The position numbers and the translations under genes were made by a program. The notes below the pieces were generated by a model. That model did not search any database and had not been told where the DNA came from. It saw only the letters and a program-made list of their open reading frames with translations. Of a DNA stretch of 64,000 bases, positions 62,976-64,000 are shown piece after piece. The DNA is from Lama glama (Eukaryota): the NCBI GenBank assembly GCA_028534125.1, contig CM052836.1:12276001-12340000 (forward strand). Direction: 5' to 3'. How positions within the stretch are numbered: the stretch's first letter is position 1; each line of letters opens with the position of its first letter.

Positions 62976-63590
62976 TCTGTGCAGCCCCCACTAGGCTTTT
63001 GTCACAGTGGGTTTTGTGTGAGATCCTCCCACTCGGGGGGGCTCCCCGAACTTGCCATCAGTACTGAGGCAGCTTCCCGGCACTTGGCCCTCCTCAGGGG
63101 CTCGGATGGAAGGCAGCAGGTGCGGCAGGAAGAGGTCAAACTAAGAGTCAAAACCTTCTTTTCCAGCAGAGACAATTGCAAGACCTAGGGGCCTGAGCGG
63201 ATCTTCTGGTGTCAGATACAAAGTGGGGACAAGGGTTTCTCTTCCACCCTCAAGTGGTCGTCGGAAAGCAAAGGAGAGAAGACCGCGTGTGTGAATGAGC
63301 TTCGAACATTACAAGGCGTAAGCAAGTGTGTCCTCAGCGTGACAATCAGACTGAGCCTGGGGCCTTCGTCTGTCTGGATGACCTTACCCAGGGGTCCTGT
63401 TGGCTGTTTTCTAGGTGTTTCTAGAGGTTCTCAAGAACCTCTTAGGTCTTAGGTCTTAGGTCACTAAGGTACTCAACTCACTCACTTTTCTTCTTGTCTG
63501 TCCTCTTTCCTTAATGAAATCAGTTGAAAATAGAAATGCTGAATGTGGCAGCCACCTTGAAATTTCCACTTCTCATCTCTGCTGATTTCT

Positions 63591-63737
63591 CTTTTTTAAT
63601 TAATTTTTTTTGAAGTACAGTTAATTTACAATGTGTTAGTTTCTGGTGTACAGCATAGTGATTCAGTTACACATACATATATCCTTTTTTCAGAGTCTTT
63701 TTTCATTATAGGTTATTACAAGATACTGAACGTAGTG
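63591..63737 (-). mobile_element. Young L1 3' end with 13-bp TSD
   Basis: tttctggtgtacagcatagtgattcagtta..ataggttattacaagatactgaa; TSD tctgctgatttct (63578) / tctgccgatttct (63738). Confidence 0.9.
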
Positions 63738-63772
63738 TCTGCCGATTTCTTTACCTGCCAAGCAGGTGTTGT

Positions 63773-63969
63773 CTGTGCTGTCCGATACACGGCGCTGGCC
63801 ACGGAGGGCCATTTAATCCATTTAAATTTAATTTAATCTAAACTTAAATCAACGTTCTAGTTTCCCAGTCACACCAGCCACATTCACGCAGTTGCACGAG
63901 ACTAGTGGGTACTGCAGTGACAGTTACGGGACACCCCCATGGCCCCACAAGCTGGACCTGGAGGCGCTG
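63773..63969 (+). mobile_element. MER3/MER33-like hAT MITE
   Basis: ctgtgctgtccgata..atttaaatttaatttaa..ccagtcacaccagccacatt..gcgctg. Confidence 0.65.
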
Positions 63970-64000
63970 GCCTAGATCATTGTAAAGGCCAGTCCAGTGC

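Noticed and set aside
63441-63470. (cttaggt)x3 as an interstitial telomere or array
   Set aside because: 7-bp unit, not TTAGGG, and only three copies.

Overview
Mammalian genomic DNA, most likely a camelid, judged from Vic-1-type tRNA-derived SINEs and many short young L1 3' ends. The window holds one protein-coding gene, MFAP3L, on the + strand. It has a 5' CpG island (1-~480; exon 1 not resolved), coding exon 15158-15571 (ATG 15286), and a terminal exon from 24562 (stop 25488-25490). The spliced product is a 404-aa type I membrane protein with one Ig domain, followed by a ~4.75-kb 3' UTR to a poly(A) signal at 30227. The rest is intronic/intergenic DNA rich in L1, L2, MIR, MaLR/ERV1 solo LTRs and hAT MITEs, with two assembly gaps. 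Repeat family names come from recalled consensus sequences and need RepeatMasker/Dfam confirmation. I see no demonstrably new biological system. The best leads are: (i) a GGT-to-GCA repeat just upstream of the last exon that is open and in frame with it; (ii) an orphan CpG island with first-exon architecture next to a MER34-like solo LTR; (iii) a SINE-head/L1-tail chimera; (iv) inverted L1 ends bracketing the 414-nt start-codon exon (circRNA candidate); (v) several mechanistically informative L1 insertions.
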